From Octopus vulgaris (taxonomy: Eukaryota): a DNA stretch of 64,000 bases. Positions 36,462 through 50,860 of this stretch are shown here, piece by piece. The stretch covers positions 92,566,001 through 92,630,000 of the forward strand of contig OX597814.1 of assembly GCA_951406725.2 (NCBI GenBank), read 5' to 3'. The notes beneath the pieces are model-generated. The model was not told the origin of the DNA. It searched no databases and worked only from the letters and a program-made list of their open reading frames with translations. Numbering within the stretch: position 1 is the first letter of the stretch; each line of letters starts with the position of its first letter. A program made the translations under genes and the position numbers.

Positions 36462-38037
36462 TAATATCCACTTTTCTTTTTTCGTCTGCAGACGTGACTG
36501 TGTGGTAAGAAGCTTGTTTCCCAACCCCATGGTTCTGGGTTCAGTCTTACTGTGTGACACCTTAAGTCAACCAAAGCCTTGTAAGTAAATTTAGTAGCTG
36601 GAAACTGAAAGAAGCCCATCGTGTGTGTGTCTTTGTATCTGTGTTTGTTCCCTCGCCACCACTTGACAACCGAAGTCAGTGTTTTTATGTATTTATGACC
36701 AACAGAATAAGTACTAAGCTTAAAAAAATAAGTCCTGGGGTTGATCTGTTTGGCTAGCAAAACACTTCAGGGCCATGCCCCAGCATAGCCAGAGTCAAAT
36801 GACTAAAACAAGTAAAAGAAAAGATAAAAGATATCAAAATTGCAAGGTAAGGATGAATGGATATTTGGCTGTTATTTCTAGCTGATTGACTTCTTATGAA
36901 GGAATCCACTCATTGGTTTGTAGCAGTAATTTGTTTGAAAGCAATGCTGCTAGCTTTGCTAACATCAAGTGCAATGAGATTTATTTCACTGAAGTTTTAA
37001 AAGGTGTCAAATTGTGTGTATGTATATGTGTGTGTATGTGTGTGTGACAAAAATAGGTCTCAAGTAAATCTACTCCTCAGAAGCCATACTGCTGATCACT
37101 AAGGGGGAAGAGGGGAGAGAGAGTTTGAAGAATGATTGCCAACAACTGCTTGCATCATCTGAGATATTGAGAGAGATTGGGATATATGTACATGCACACA
37201 AACACACGTGTGAATATGTGTATACAGATATACATATATGTGTAAACTTATAAGTTTTTAACATTCGTTCATCTTCTATGTTGACATGAGGGATATATTT
37301 TAGCATTAGAGTGATAAGAATATAAATTTTCTTTTTATTTTATTACAATTTTGTTTTTATATTTTTAACACTATACTTGTTGTGCATGTATGCATGCATA
37401 CATACATTCAAACATACTTGTGTAGTAAGAAGCTTGCTTCCCAACCACATGGTTCTAGGTTCAGTCCCTCAGCATGGCACCTTGGGCAAATGTCTTCTAC
37501 TATAGCTTAAGGTTAACTAAAGCCTTGTGAGTGGATTTGGTAGACGGAAACTGAAAGAAGCCCATCATATATATACATATATGGATATATTTAGGAGAAT
37601 TCACACAAAAAAACAAAAGAGGAAGACAGGTAGTGTGGACAACAAATAGATGTATTAGTATTACGCTCGAGAAGTGATGTATATATTTATGTGTGTGTAT
37701 ATATATATATGTGTGTGTGTATTTGTGTATATATGTGTATATATGTATATATTTATGTGTATACATGTAGATATGTATGTGTGTGTGTGTGTGTATGTAT
37801 ATATTTATGTGTGTATGTGTCTTTGTGTCTGTACCCCCACCATCACTTGACAACTGATGTTGGTGTGTTTATGTCCCTGTAAACTAGTGGTTCAGCAAAC
37901 GAGACCAATAGAATAAGTACTAAGTACTTGGGGTCGATTTCTTCAACTAAAAAACCCTTAAAAGGTAGTGCTCCAGCATGGCCGCAGTCAAATGACTGAA
38001 CCAAGCAAAAGAATAAAATACATACCTACATACAAAC

Positions 38038-38090
<53 letters not shown>

Positions 38091-38648
38091 GGGTGCAGGT
38101 TTGGCAATGTCGTAAGAAGTTTGCTTTCAAACCACATGGTTTCAGGTTCAGACCCACCGTATGGCATCTTGGGCAGATGTCTTCTCGTATATCCCCAGGC
38201 CAACCAATGACCTGTGAGTGAAATTAGTAGATGGAAACTGAAAGAAGCCCATCATGTATGTGTGTTTGTGTGTGTCTTTGCCTTGACATCATATGATAGT
38301 TGTAAATGAAAGTCACTGTCATACAAGCAGTGTCTATCATTTCCAATCTTCCATGGAAACATATCTGGATGTTGGGAAATATCACCTTAATTGTAGTCAG
38401 TGACTGTAGTAAAAAAAAAAAAAAAGCAGAAGAATGAATAGAGAGTAGATTTGCAGGCCAGAAATGTGTTGCCAATCAATTGGATGGCCATTTCTTTTTT
38501 CTTTTTCCTATTGTTAGGGGAGATAAAAGAATTTATATATTAAGGACATGTTCGTGCATAATTGTAATGTTAGTGCATTTATATGTGTGTATATATATCT
38601 CTATGCAAGTATGTTTTTCTCTGTGTGAGTGTGTGTGCATATCAGTGG

Positions 38649-38683
<35 letters not shown>

Positions 38684-38884
38684 TGTGTATATGTGTATAT
38701 GTGTTTGTATGTGTAATGTGTTTGTGTACATATATACGTTTGCGTATTTGCATCTGTGAGTTAATCTTGAATATGTATTTATCTAGAGTGCATATATATA
38801 TGTGTGTGTGTGTGTATGTATATATACACACACACACATACACACACATAAACATACATATACACACACAAACACACACATGAA

Positions 38885-40560
38885 AAATAAAATTAACAAA
38901 ACATTCTATCAAGCCTTTATTGATTTGACAGTCATTTCATGTGAAAGCAACAATGTTTTCTTTAAAAACCTAATTAATAGTAGGGTATTTTTACATTCTC
39001 TTGTTTTTTTTTCTTCTTCTATGTTTCTTTTAATGATCAATTATTTTGGACTGTTGATCAGTATGAACACACTGTAACATGTTTTCACATTTAGACTAAA
39101 CATAACCTATGCATGTTTCAAATGTCCTTTGGTTTCTCTGTTTGCCTCTCAAAACTGCATATCTGCTAGCTTTGTCTGTTGCTGTAAGTAGTTATCTTTC
39201 TGGTCTCTCTGGAGTCTGTCCCTGTCTCTTCTGCCGGCCTGTCCTTGTCTTTTCTGCTGGTCTGTCTCTGTCTTTTCTCCCGGTCTGTCCCAGTCTCTTC
39301 TACCAGTCTGTCCCAGTCTCTTCTGCTAGTCTGTCCCAGTCTCTTCTACCAGTCTGTCTCTGTCTTTTCTGCCAGTCTGTCCCTATCTCTTCTGCTGGCC
39401 TGTCCCTCTCTCATCTGCCAGTCTGTCCCTGTCTCTTCTACCGGTCTGTCCCTGTCTTTTCTACTGGTCTGTCCATCTTCTTTTGCCAGTCTGTCCCTGT
39501 CTTTTCTCCAGGTCTGTCCCTGTCTTTTCTGCCAGTCTGTCCCAGTCTCTTCTGCTAGTCTGTCCCTTCTCTTCTGCTGGTCTGTCTCTGTCTTTTCTGC
39601 CAGTCTGTCCCTCTCTCATCTGCTGGTCTGTCCCTCTCTCATCTGCCGGTCTGTCCCTCTCTCATCTGCCGGTCTGTCCCTCTCTCATCTGCCGGCTTGT
39701 CCCTCTCTCATCTGCTGGCCTGTCCCTCTCTCATCTGCCAGTCTGTCCCTGTCTTTTCTGCCGGTCTGTCCCTGTCTTTTCTATGTGTTTATGTTTGTTG
39801 GATATCTGTTTCTCAAAGAGTCTGTTACTGGCTGTCTGCCCATTTGTCTGTCTTTCTCTCTCTCTATCTCTCTTTCTCCCCCTATCTATCTATCTCTCTC
39901 TCTAGCTCTCTCTATCTATCTATCTATCTCTCTCTCTTTATCTCTCTCTATTTGTCTCTCAGTCTTTTCTACTTGTCTGTCATTGTTTATCACGATCTAC
40001 TTATTTGTCTCCCAGAGTCTGTGGCTGTCTGTCTGTATATATGTACCTGTCTGATAGTTTTCTGCTATGCATTTTCTGTCTGTCTCTCTGTATATGTTAC
40101 TGTCTACAGGGTTTTCTGTACCCAGCTTTTATCTTTCCAATGTCTTCACTCTCTCTCTCTATCTATCTATCTATCTATCTGTTTATCTTTTCTACCTGTC
40201 TGTATATGGCACTGTTTACCAGTATGCCTGACTTTCTGTCAATATCTTAAGATGAAATTGGCAAAGAAAAATTAAAACTGACAGCAAAATGAACAAACAA
40301 ACAGACCACTGACGTGCAGGCAAGTGGACAGACAGACAAACCAGCAGACAGAGACAGACCTTTAGTCTAAATGTGAAAACATACCTCAGTGTGTTCAAAC
40401 TGAACAGTTCAAAATACTTGATCATTGAAATACAGAAGAAAAAAAAAAAAAAATAACAACCATATAGTTTGGTTATTTCTTAAGAAAACATTGTTGCTTT
40501 CACATGAAATAACTGTCTGTCACAAAGACATGAGCGAAGGTTTTGTTAACTTAATTTCTG
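38885..40560. mobile_element. Foldback-like element: ~200-bp diverged inverted arms around a minisatellite
   Basis: atttcatgtgaaagcaacaatgttttctt (~38935) vs aagaaaacattgttgctttcacatgaaat (~40482); tgttttcacatttagactaaa (~39080) vs tttagtctaaatgtgaaaaca (~40361). Confidence 0.7.
39214..39782. repeat. ~23-bp minisatellite, ~24 copies
   Basis: Unit (g/a)gtctgtccct(g/c)tct(t/c)(t/c)(t/a)tctgcc; explains the long low-complexity ORFs here. Confidence 0.92.
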
Positions 40561-40592
40561 CACATCGAATAGAGTCTGTGCAGGCCATAGAG

Positions 40593-40623
<31 letters not shown>

Positions 40624-40730
40624 CTCTAGAGACCCAGTAAGTATAAGGAAAGAAGGGACAAAGATACACACAAAAAGACACAAACATACATGTTCATACA
40701 CCAACACGTTCATTCCTATACACAGATATT

Positions 40731-40769
<39 letters not shown>

Positions 40770-41143
40770 GAATTATACATAAATATTAGGCTATTATATT
40801 GACCTTCATATACACATATTTACTTCCATAGTGTAAGTCTGTAAGCAAGATACACACACACATAAACTACAAATGCATAAGCAAACCTACATGCATATGA
40901 TGTATGCGTGTGTGTGTTCTTGAAGGATTTAGTTTAACAAAATGATCCCAGTGCTTTATGTTTTTTTTTTAAGCCCAGTACTTACTCTGCTCGTCTCTGT
41001 TGCTGAAGTGCTAAGTTACATGAACATAAACAAACCAACACTGATTATCAGGCAGTGGTGAGGAACACACACATTGATATATATATATATATATATATAT
41101 ATACAGGTGTATGTATGTATATATACATGTGTGTGTATGTATG

Positions 41144-41188
<45 letters not shown>

Positions 41189-41869
41189 GCATATATATAG
41201 GATGCGATGAGTAAATTGTCGCCATGATTTTGTCAACTACACAGTATAGTGGGGTCAGTTGGGCACCACCTGTGAGAAAAACAGCATCATTACACAATTC
41301 ACTCTGCCAGAAATTTGGAAACAACATGCTGTACTGCTTGGCATTCACACCAGAAGCTCCAATACAAACATTTCAGAGTGTCTGGGTGTCAATCTGAGGA
41401 CAGTGCAGAGGATTTGGAAAGAGTTGGATGAGTCTAATGGTGATTACAAAGGTACAGCAGCTCAGAAAATTCACTCTGGTCATTCTGATAAGAGAAGAAC
41501 TACTGAATTTGTTTGTAAGATCCAGGCCATGATTGACAACAATCCCTCCAAGTCAATCAGGTCCATCGCCAGGGACATGGGAGTGTCTGAGTTTCTTATC
41601 AGGCAGGTAGTGCATGAAGACATTTGGTATTCCTCATACAAGATGAGAAAGGGCCATCAAGGACAAGAGGAAAGACCATGTTATTCCAAGCCATCAAGGA
41701 CAAGAGGACAGACCATGTTACAAAGCTTTTGAACAAACTCAAGCATCACCTCCAATTGAACATGCTTTGGTTTTTCTCAGAAAAGAAAAATTTCTGCCAG
41801 GATCATATGGTAAACACATAGAACACCTGTTGACTTGCCAAGTCCCAAAAACATGTACCAAGAGTAATA

Positions 41870-42587
41870 CAATTCCATATTTAAGAGATGAGGAATTATG
41901 TACATTATTTACATTTGACGTATATTTGTCTTGATCTTGCTTGTTAACACGTTTCGGCTGATATACCCTCCAGCCTTCATTAGGTGTCTTGGGGAAATTT
42001 CAAACCTGGGTTCTCGTTCCTAAGGTATTTTTTGATGTTATTATTATTATCATTATTATTATTGTTGTTGTTCAGGTCACTGCTTGGAATCGAACTCAGA
42101 ATCTTGGGGTTAAGAGCACAGGCTACTAACCCCAAGATTCCGAGTTCGATTCCAAGCACTAACTTGAACAATAATTATAATAATAATAACAACATTGAAA
42201 AATACCTTAGGAATGAGAACCCAGGTTCGAAATTTCACCAAGACACCTGATGAAGGCTGGAGGGTATATCAGCCAAAGGCGGGGAGCTGGCAGAAACATT
42301 AACACGCCGGGCAAAGTGCTTTGCAGTATTCCGTCTGCCGTTACGTTCTGGGTTCAAATTCCGCCGAGGTTGACTTTGCCTTCCATCCTTTCGGGGTCGA
42401 TAAATTAAGTACCAGTTACGCACTGGGGTCGATGTAATCGACTTAATACCTATGTCTGTCCTTGTTTGTCCCCTCTGTGTTTAGCCCCTTGTGGGTAATA
42501 AAGAAATAGGTATATCAGCCAAAACATGTTAACAACAAACAAGATGAGGACAACTATCCGTCAAAGGTAAATAATGTAAATAATGTA
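41870..42587. mobile_element. Palindromic hammerhead-core-bearing insertion within the Tc1 element
   Basis: Arms mirror around ~42120; flanking direct repeat catgtaccaagagt(a/g)ata (~41852, ~42588); CTGATGA at 42247. Confidence 0.75.
42278..42508 (+). mobile_element. Full-length family A SINE
   Basis: 15-bp TSD ggtatatcagccaaa (42263-42277 and 42509-42523); A/B boxes in the head. Confidence 0.92.
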
Positions 42588-43215
42588 CATGTACCAAGAG
42601 TGATAAAAACCAAACATCCAGTCAACATCATGATGTTTGAAGGGATCACTAGTGACGGCAACATTATGCCACCATTTATCTTCCCACTCAGACTCAGCAC
42701 GGAGGTCTACATCAAGTGCCTTGAGGAGGTAGTACTGCCCTGAATCAAGACAGTGGCTGCTTGGAGACCCTATGTCTGACAACAGGACTCTGCACCATGC
42801 CACACAAGTAAGAGAACCCAGTCATGTCTGTCAGGCAATTTCTAAAACCACATCATCCCTAAAATCTGGCCACCTAACTCTCCAGACTGCAACCCCCTTG
42901 ATTATTTTGTGTGGAGCACAGTTGAGCAAGAGACCAACAAAACTCCTTGTAACACCAAAGATGAACTGAAGGCAAGTATTATGGCAGCATTCACCAACTT
43001 AAACAAGGAGACTGTCCAGAAAAGTTGCATCAGATTCCGAAGTTGTCTGGAGATCAAGGTTGAAGCCAATGACGATTTTATTGAATAAATTTACTCTTTA
43101 GTGTTTCAAGATATTTTTATGTAATTTTGGTAAATATATCTGTTAAAATGAGATGACAGTGTTATTTTCATTTTCGTGTAATTTAGACAACAATTTATTC
43201 ACTGCACCTTGTATA

Positions 43216-43304
<89 letters not shown>

Positions 43305-43738
43305 TGATGGGCTCCTTTCAATTTCTGTCAACCAAACTCAAATACAAAGTTTTAGCCAGTACAAGGCTTAGCATAAGACACTCATGTTAAGTGTCATACT
43401 GTGGGACTGAAGCCAGAACCATGTGATTGAGAAGCTAACTTTTTTCCATACCGCCATGCCTGAATCATTTTTAACAGTTGAACCCAAAGTTTGATAAAAT
43501 GATGAATAATATTGTATAACTATAGGGTCCATCAAACCAGCATGATCTCAAACTTAAATCCCAATATTCTATATGCTATTATTAATAGGTTTACCAACTT
43601 TGAATTGCATCATTAAAAATTATTTATTTCATGTTTCTTGTAGGTTCTAAATTCTTATGATATAAACACACACACACACACACGTGTGAATAAAGGCAAA
43701 TGCATGAATATGTCTGTCTATATATAAATATATATATA

Positions 43739-43920
43739 AATTCTATAATTATGAGTATAATTATAATTAGGGTTCAGCAAAAATTTGCTTCACCACATAC
43801 TGAAATTTAGAAATAACAGTTAAAACTAACTATTTCACTACCATAAGAAAATCTCCTGTATGTGGTGAAGCGAATTTTTGCTGACCTCTAATTATAATTA
43901 TACTCATAATTATAGAATTT
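43739..43920. repeat. Inverted repeat (~60-bp arms)
   Basis: aattctataattatgagtataatt...cttcaccacatac mirrors gtatgtggtgaag...ctcataattatagaatt. Confidence 0.85.
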
Positions 43921-44036
43921 TTGTATAAGTTTACCAATAATGGTTCTTTTAACATACTGAACTACTTGGTAAAATTATTAATTATTCATTAATTTTACTA
44001 TTATATATATGTATGTATGCATGCATACATACATAC

Positions 44037-44249
44037 ATTTTACTCTAATCCTTCCTAATAAACCATGTTCCATCTAGTAACTGCTTATTGGTCAAAGTAT
44101 TAACAATTGGTATCCTGGTACGTACATACATACATACATACATACATGCATGCATGTATGTATGTACCAGGATACCAATTGTTAATGCTTTGACCAATAA
44201 ACAGATACTAGATGGAACATGGTTTATTAGGAAGGATTAGAGTAAAATG
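44037..44249. repeat. Near-perfect palindrome (~100-bp arms) centred on (TACA)n/(TGTA)n
   Basis: cattttactctaatccttcctaataaaccatgttccatctagta... is mirrored at 44165-44249. Confidence 0.92.
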
Positions 44250-45357
44250 ACCTAAATTAGCAATCATAATAGACAGTAGGAATGGTAGCCAAGTAAATGG
44301 GGAGTCAACACATCATAACCTGCTTTATCTAGCTATTACTTAATCAGGATGTGAATGCATGTTCAAGCAACAATATATTTAAATCTATACCGGGAGTTCT
44401 CAATCACTATTTTTTGTCTTGTTTTGTTTTCTGCCTCTGCCCCCACTCCCACGATAACCATTTTACTTTGGTGGACCCCCCATTTAGCTATTCGATATTG
44501 AAAAACTAGTTTTATAGATACTTCTTACAAAATTCCTATTTTGTTATTCACACATTCACATGCAACAGAACTCTCTGAGAGAATGTGTTTCAGAAGCCAG
44601 AAACATGTTGAACTATGTTAAGAATTAGAGAAAGAAACCAAGTTGTTTCTTGCAATAAATACATCTAAAACAAAATTTTTTCATGACCCCCTTAAATATT
44701 TCCATAGATCCCCAAATTACTATTTTGCTTCCATGGATCCTGCAAAATCTCATATGGACTCCAGTTAAGAACCACTAAAGTATACCACTTTTCCAAATCC
44801 ATTTGTTTCACAACTTCTAGAGATCACTTATGCACACCTCTATCTCTACAGTCAACTATATGTCTCCCAATATACACCCCCATGAACTACAGATCATGCT
44901 TGTGCGTGATCTATTTATCTACGATAAAAAAGGAACCTACCACTACTATTGGTACTCAAATCTACTATCAACATGATCAACAGTTACACCACATGGAGTG
45001 TGCATTTATTTTTATTTTCGACACCCTCTTGAAATAGATATCAATGTCAATTTACATTTACTGATCTTTTAACCCACACACTCCAGGATTTCAGCTGCAA
45101 CTTGCAAATATGCAAGTGTTAGAATGTCTAACAGAGTAACGAAGCAGCATGTTTCAACTTGAGAGAGAACGAAATTTAAATTTAGAAGATGCAACCAACT
45201 GCACCTGGCAAGTGACAGATATGATATCAAATAGCTTAAGCTATTCATTTATAACAAGTATTCACATACAATGTGTATGTGTGTTAATATGTATGTATAT
45301 AAATATGCCTATTAAAAATGCCTATTTATTCTGACTTATGGATTCTTTGACAACTTT

Positions 45358-45421
<64 letters not shown>

Positions 45422-48400
45422 CGTGTTTGTTTGTGTGCATGTATGTTTGTGTGCGTGTATGTTTGTATGTGTGTGTGTGTTTGTGTGTGTGTTTGCTTGT
45501 TTGTGTGTTTGCTTGTGTTTGTATGTGTATATGTGTTTGAGTGTACATATGTGTATGTTTGTGTGTATGCTTATGTGTATGGAGGGAGTGTATGTCTGTG
45601 TGTGTGTGTGTGTGTATGTGCGCGCACATGCATACTTCTGTTTCCTCATTTTGATATCATGTGGTAATTGAAAATGAGTGTCACTATGATACTAGTAGTG
45701 TCATACATTTCTAACATCCTGCATACCATATATGACTATAAGAAAATATTACCCTGCTTGGAAACAAGTGAGGGCTGGTGACAGGGAAGGGCACTCAGCC
45801 ATAGAAAATCTACCTCAATAAAATCCATCAAACCCATGCAAGCATGGAAAAGTGGATGTAAAAAATTGAAGATAATGAAAATCAAAACAAAATTAACAAA
45901 ATAAAATAAAATTAACTTTTGATGTTTTCCTAGGGGAAATATTCCTCAGATTTTGCTTGTAGTAAATGTTAGCTCTTATTGCCTAAAATCTGAAGGCATG
46001 TGGCTTAGTGATTAGGGGTATTCACTCATGATCACAAGGTTGTGAGTTCAATTCCCGGTGATGTGTTGTGCCCTCGTGCAAGATATTTTATTGCACGCTG
46101 CTCCAGTCCACTCAGCTGGCAAAAATGAGTTGTACTTGTATTTCAAAGGGCCAGCCTTGTCACACTCTGTGTCATACTGAATCTTCCTGAGAACTACATT
46201 AAGGGTACATATGTCTGTGGAGTGCTCAGCCACTTGCATGTTAATTTCATGAGCAGGCTGTTCTGTTGATTGGATCATCTGGAACCCTTATCATTGTAGC
46301 CAGTGCCATTGCCTATATTTTATTATCACCAAGCATAAAGCTACATCGCTCTCAAGTGTAATCCCAGTTAGTTATAGGGGATAGTTTCACGAGGTACATG
46401 GCCACCTCACTAGTGTTGTTGCCACATAAAAGTACCTGGTACACTTCATAAAGTCATGGAAACCATACTAAAGGAGACATTGGTGTATGGTTACAGTCTT
46501 TCACCTCATCAGATCCTGCCAAACCATCCAATCTATGCCAACATGGAAAGCAGACATTAAAAGAAGATGACAATGATGATGATGATGATGATGATGAAAA
46601 TGATAATGATAATGATGATGAAAATGATAATGAAGATGAAGATACATAAAATCATCATCATTGTTATCATCATTGTTTTAACATCCACTTTTCCATGCAT
46701 ACACAAACATTTTACATTTCATCTAATATCTTAAAAGTTAAAGATTTTTGTCTTTGCAACCCTTTCAAAATTATACCAAGACAATTTGCATTACATGGAA
46801 AGCAGACATTAAAAGGGAATCTTTTCCTAGTCACTAAACCTGCTAAAGAAACAGCTTAAAAAAGGAAAGTTGTTAGACAGTCTTGAATACACAAAAGATA
46901 ATTGAAATGTCTTTGACAGTAGCAACATGTTACTATATTATTACACAACACACAATGACTTAGGTATATTAATATCACCATTCTTATCATGTCAACATAT
47001 TTATCAGGAACAATCATTACAAGCTTCACAAGTGAATCATTAAAAGTTAATTTTATATCTTATGTCAGGCATTCATTTTACATACACTGTAATACATGCT
47101 CTTCATTATATTAAATATATATTTTTTTTATATTCCAGAGAGAGAGAGAAAGAGAGAAAGAGACAGACAGACAGACAGAGGAAGGAAGGAAGGAGCAGAG
47201 AGAGAGAGAAAAGTGCTGAAAGGGAGACAAAAATAAGGACATTTAGAGAGAGAGAAACAAAGAAAGAGTTAGTGTATATTTTTGTCTATACATCCTCTGA
47301 TTTGAAAATTGTAGCATAAATTCTTCAGTAACAAATAGAAGAATGGTCAACAAATCTATTGAGCCATTTATACTAAGCACTGAGGGTGAAACTACAAGTA
47401 AAAGCAATTCAAAACCTGAAGAAAATTCTCCCTAAAGCTCTAAAAGAGTTAAAGAACCCATTATATGTACAATTTCCCAAAAATCACAGAACCCATATTT
47501 ATATTTCAAAAACCTTGCCACACTAATTTTAATAAGACATTAAATGAAACAAATACCGTTTTAAAAAAAGAATGTCTTCATAAAAAAGAAATCTACAGCT
47601 TATTTTGAAAATGGTGAATATAATTTCATTACAAAATCATTAACATTATTATCATCATTGTTATTCTGCCAAGGTCAATTTTGCCTTTCATCCTTTAGCG
47701 ATCAATAAAACGAGTACCGGTTGAGTGCTGAGGTCAATATAATCAATTTATACCCTCGACTGAAATTGCTGGCCTTGTGCCAAAATTTTAAATTATTTTT
47801 ATCATCACTGTAAGCATCCACTTTTTTATGCTTGTGTGAGTCAGATGGAATTCATTGAGGAAAACATTCTAAGCTCAGATACCTTTGCAGTAACCATCTC
47901 TCGCCTGTTCCCAAGCAAAGATGTAATTGTCCCATAGTTGGACATGTTTTCACAGCAGACTGGCAATAAGGGTCTTTGCTTGTATGAAGCAACACTCATT
48001 TATAACTATCTTGTGATATAAAGAGAAGGAGACAAATACACACATATATAAATATATACATACACATAAATATATATAAATACAATGGGCTTCTTTCAGT
48101 TTCCATCTACTATATCCACTCACATAGCTTTAGTTATCCCAAGGCTTTAGAGGAAGAAACTTGTCTAAGGTGCCAAGCAGCTGGATTGAACTTGAAACAA
48201 TATTGTTGGGAAGTGAACTTCTTAACCGCACACCCATGTGTGTGCCTACATATATATTTTTATTGAAAGGTATCTTATCTCACAGTACTCAGAATTTGTT
48301 CACAGAACCCTGAGATTATTCAGAATCCACTTTGGAAAACACTACATTAAGGAACAATATGTAGCACCAAGATTTTTTATGGCTGAAAACAAAATGTATG

Positions 48401-49121
48401 TAAATAATCTCATTCTAACTACATGTGAGTCATTTAAAGTTAATATTTTATGACATGTAGGTCAGAAAATATGATGTGATACATGATGGTGATACATGAT
48501 GCAACTATGAAAGAAGGATGTATTTAAACATAAATTTTTAACCATGACTAATCAATGACTAATTTTATTAGCTTATCTGGATATTTTAGAACCAGAATGA
48601 TGGATTTGTTTTCCACTTATGTAATTATTTTACATTGAATAATTATTTTTCATAATTATTTTACATAGAATAATCAATGGCTCAAGTCTCATTACCTTAT
48701 TAGGATATTTTGGAAAACAGGAGTGGATTTTTTTTCTCTCTTTTCTTACTTCAAAGGGCAAGTATTTTCAACCATAGTTTAAGAATGACCAGTACTTTGT
48801 GAATGAAATTTGCTAGCAAGAGACTTTTGTGAATCAATTCATATAAGTACATTCACTTGTTTTATATCCATTTTATATCCATGAGTTGGACTAATATGCA
48901 TTGAGTTTATAGTTGGATACCCTCTCCATTGCTAACTCTTACTTAGATCTAGCAAATAGCTTTCTAATTATCTACTAGATCTCTGCAATATCATCATTGT
49001 TTTAACATTTACTTTTTCCATGCTAGCGTGAGTTAGATAAAACTTACTGAAACAGTTTTTTTTTCCCTAACAGTTGGATGCTCTTCCTGTCACTGGCCTT
49101 TACTTGCTCCCAAATAAGGTA

Positions 49122-49350
49122 TAACCCTTTTGATACTAACCCACCTGAAACCACCTCTGGCTCTATAGTACAAATGTCTTATTTTAAAAAATTCTGCATT
49201 AAAATCTTCCACTAAACCTTAGTCACAATTTATGTTACTAACACCAGCTTAATGATAACTAAGTTATTTTATTAAATTCTTTGTTATATTTAAAATTAAT
49301 TGAGAGAAACACAGAGCATCTCAAAATAAATATGGTAACAAAAGGGTTAA
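49122..49350. mobile_element. piggyBac-like (TTAA) MITE
   Basis: Ends taacccttttg(a)tac / gtaacaaaagggttaa. Related elements at ~2610, 52047-52700 (SINE inserted) and 54716-55586 (RTE tail inserted). Confidence 0.6.
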
Positions 49351-50521
49351 TCTACCTGTCATTTGAACGATAAACCACTCAATAGCTACATGTTTTTAGT
49401 GGCATATATAAACAATAACAGTAACTAATACAAAGTCTTGCCATTGCTTACGGTTTCCTACCAATTTTCACTCACAAGACATTGGTCAGGCTAAGGATCT
49501 AGCAAAAGACACTTGCTCACAGTGGGAGTGAACCAAATGACTTCATCATTACAAAGCTTCTTAACTCTACAACTATGTTTGTGTATGTTTCAACAAAATG
49601 CTATAACATCAGTTTATTCATCCATCTAAATAGAAGCCTCTCCTCAACATCCAAATCTCCTTCAAATATCATTTTACTCAAACTTTTTGTTACTCTATTT
49701 CTTTTAAAACACATTACGAATATTTCAATTAATTTTGACAGTGATGAAGAATTAACACATGGCATCTTCATTAACACTGGCACTGAATTTAGGATGTTTA
49801 TATTACTTATGAGGTATTCTATATTTTTCAAAATGTACCTATCCTAATGTTGGAAGAATCATAACAATCAAGCACAGACTGAATTTAATTTTGAAAAATT
49901 ACATTAATACCTAAATAACATAATATGTAAATGACATATTCAAGCAAATTTATCCTAATGATAATTTTATAAAAGCTAATCAGCCTTAATTTAAAAATTT
50001 GGTTTTGTTTAGTGAGAGGGATGAAACTGCTTGGTTTCGCTTTTTTTTTTTTTTTTTTGAAAGTTTACGAATATCACAAGCCTTTGAAGAAACTGCCATT
50101 CTTAGTTCATTACTCAGGTCTTCGTCAGTCTGGTATGAAGACGATTTTTGCATCATTCAATTTGGAAAAAAAACTCATATTGATCAGACGTCAAAAACTG
50201 AGATATGAATTTCAAAGCATTTTTATGTAAAGCAGGGAATTTCTCAGGATTGATGGATTTGTAGAAGTCCAAAAAAAAAACAGATTCTTATATTTCAATT
50301 TTTTTAAGTTATCCAACTGCAAATCAATTAATTCTAATTGTCAGGAATCTGGAGCCTCCTCAGGACACATATCAAAAGAAAAATCAGAGAATAATCTCTG
50401 TTGATATATATCTGATCACAAGTCAGCTTCATCAAACCTGACCTGGATTTATAAACAACCATCACTAAGCAACCATTCAGTCAATTAAACATCCACATAT
50501 CTATCCTATTTTTTATTTTAC

Positions 50522-50860
50522 TTATTCCAATACAACATCATAAGCGGAAAGTGTAACCTCTCGAAAGAGCTGTTCTTCACTCCTGCTCCAGAGCGTCGGC
50601 TGCGGGGTCATTCCGAAAAGCTCTACCTGCAACGATTTCATCTCAATCGAAGGAGAGGAGCTTTCTCCGTCCGGGTTGCGGATCCGTGGAACAAGCTGCC
50701 AGACGAGATGGTGAAGATGCCGACGACCGCTTTGTTCAAAGCCTCCCTGGACCTCAAGTGGCCTGAACTCTTTACATGAACACCACCCTGTACTTAACTC
50801 CATGTCCCCCTACATGGCCTTGCTATTTGCTTTTGAGCCAAACTAACTAACTAACTAACA
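50522..50860 (+). mobile_element. CR1 LINE 3' fragment (second family)
   Basis: Reads RLRGHSEKLYLQRFHLNRRRGAFSVRVADPWNKLP; (CTAA)n tail. Confidence 0.8.

Larger units (their letters stand above)
41197..43214 (+). mobile_element. Decayed Tc1/mariner-superfamily transposon with nested insertions
   Basis: Degenerate TIRs in (TA)n. Transposase remnants: HTH ([15 protein letters not shown]...SIRSIARDMGVSEFLIRQVVHED), WFFSE, QDSAPCH and WPPNSPDCNPLDY. Confidence 0.85.

Noticed and set aside
39109-40275. 269-aa and 192-aa ORFs
   Set aside because: Products of a stop-poor minisatellite and CT microsatellite.
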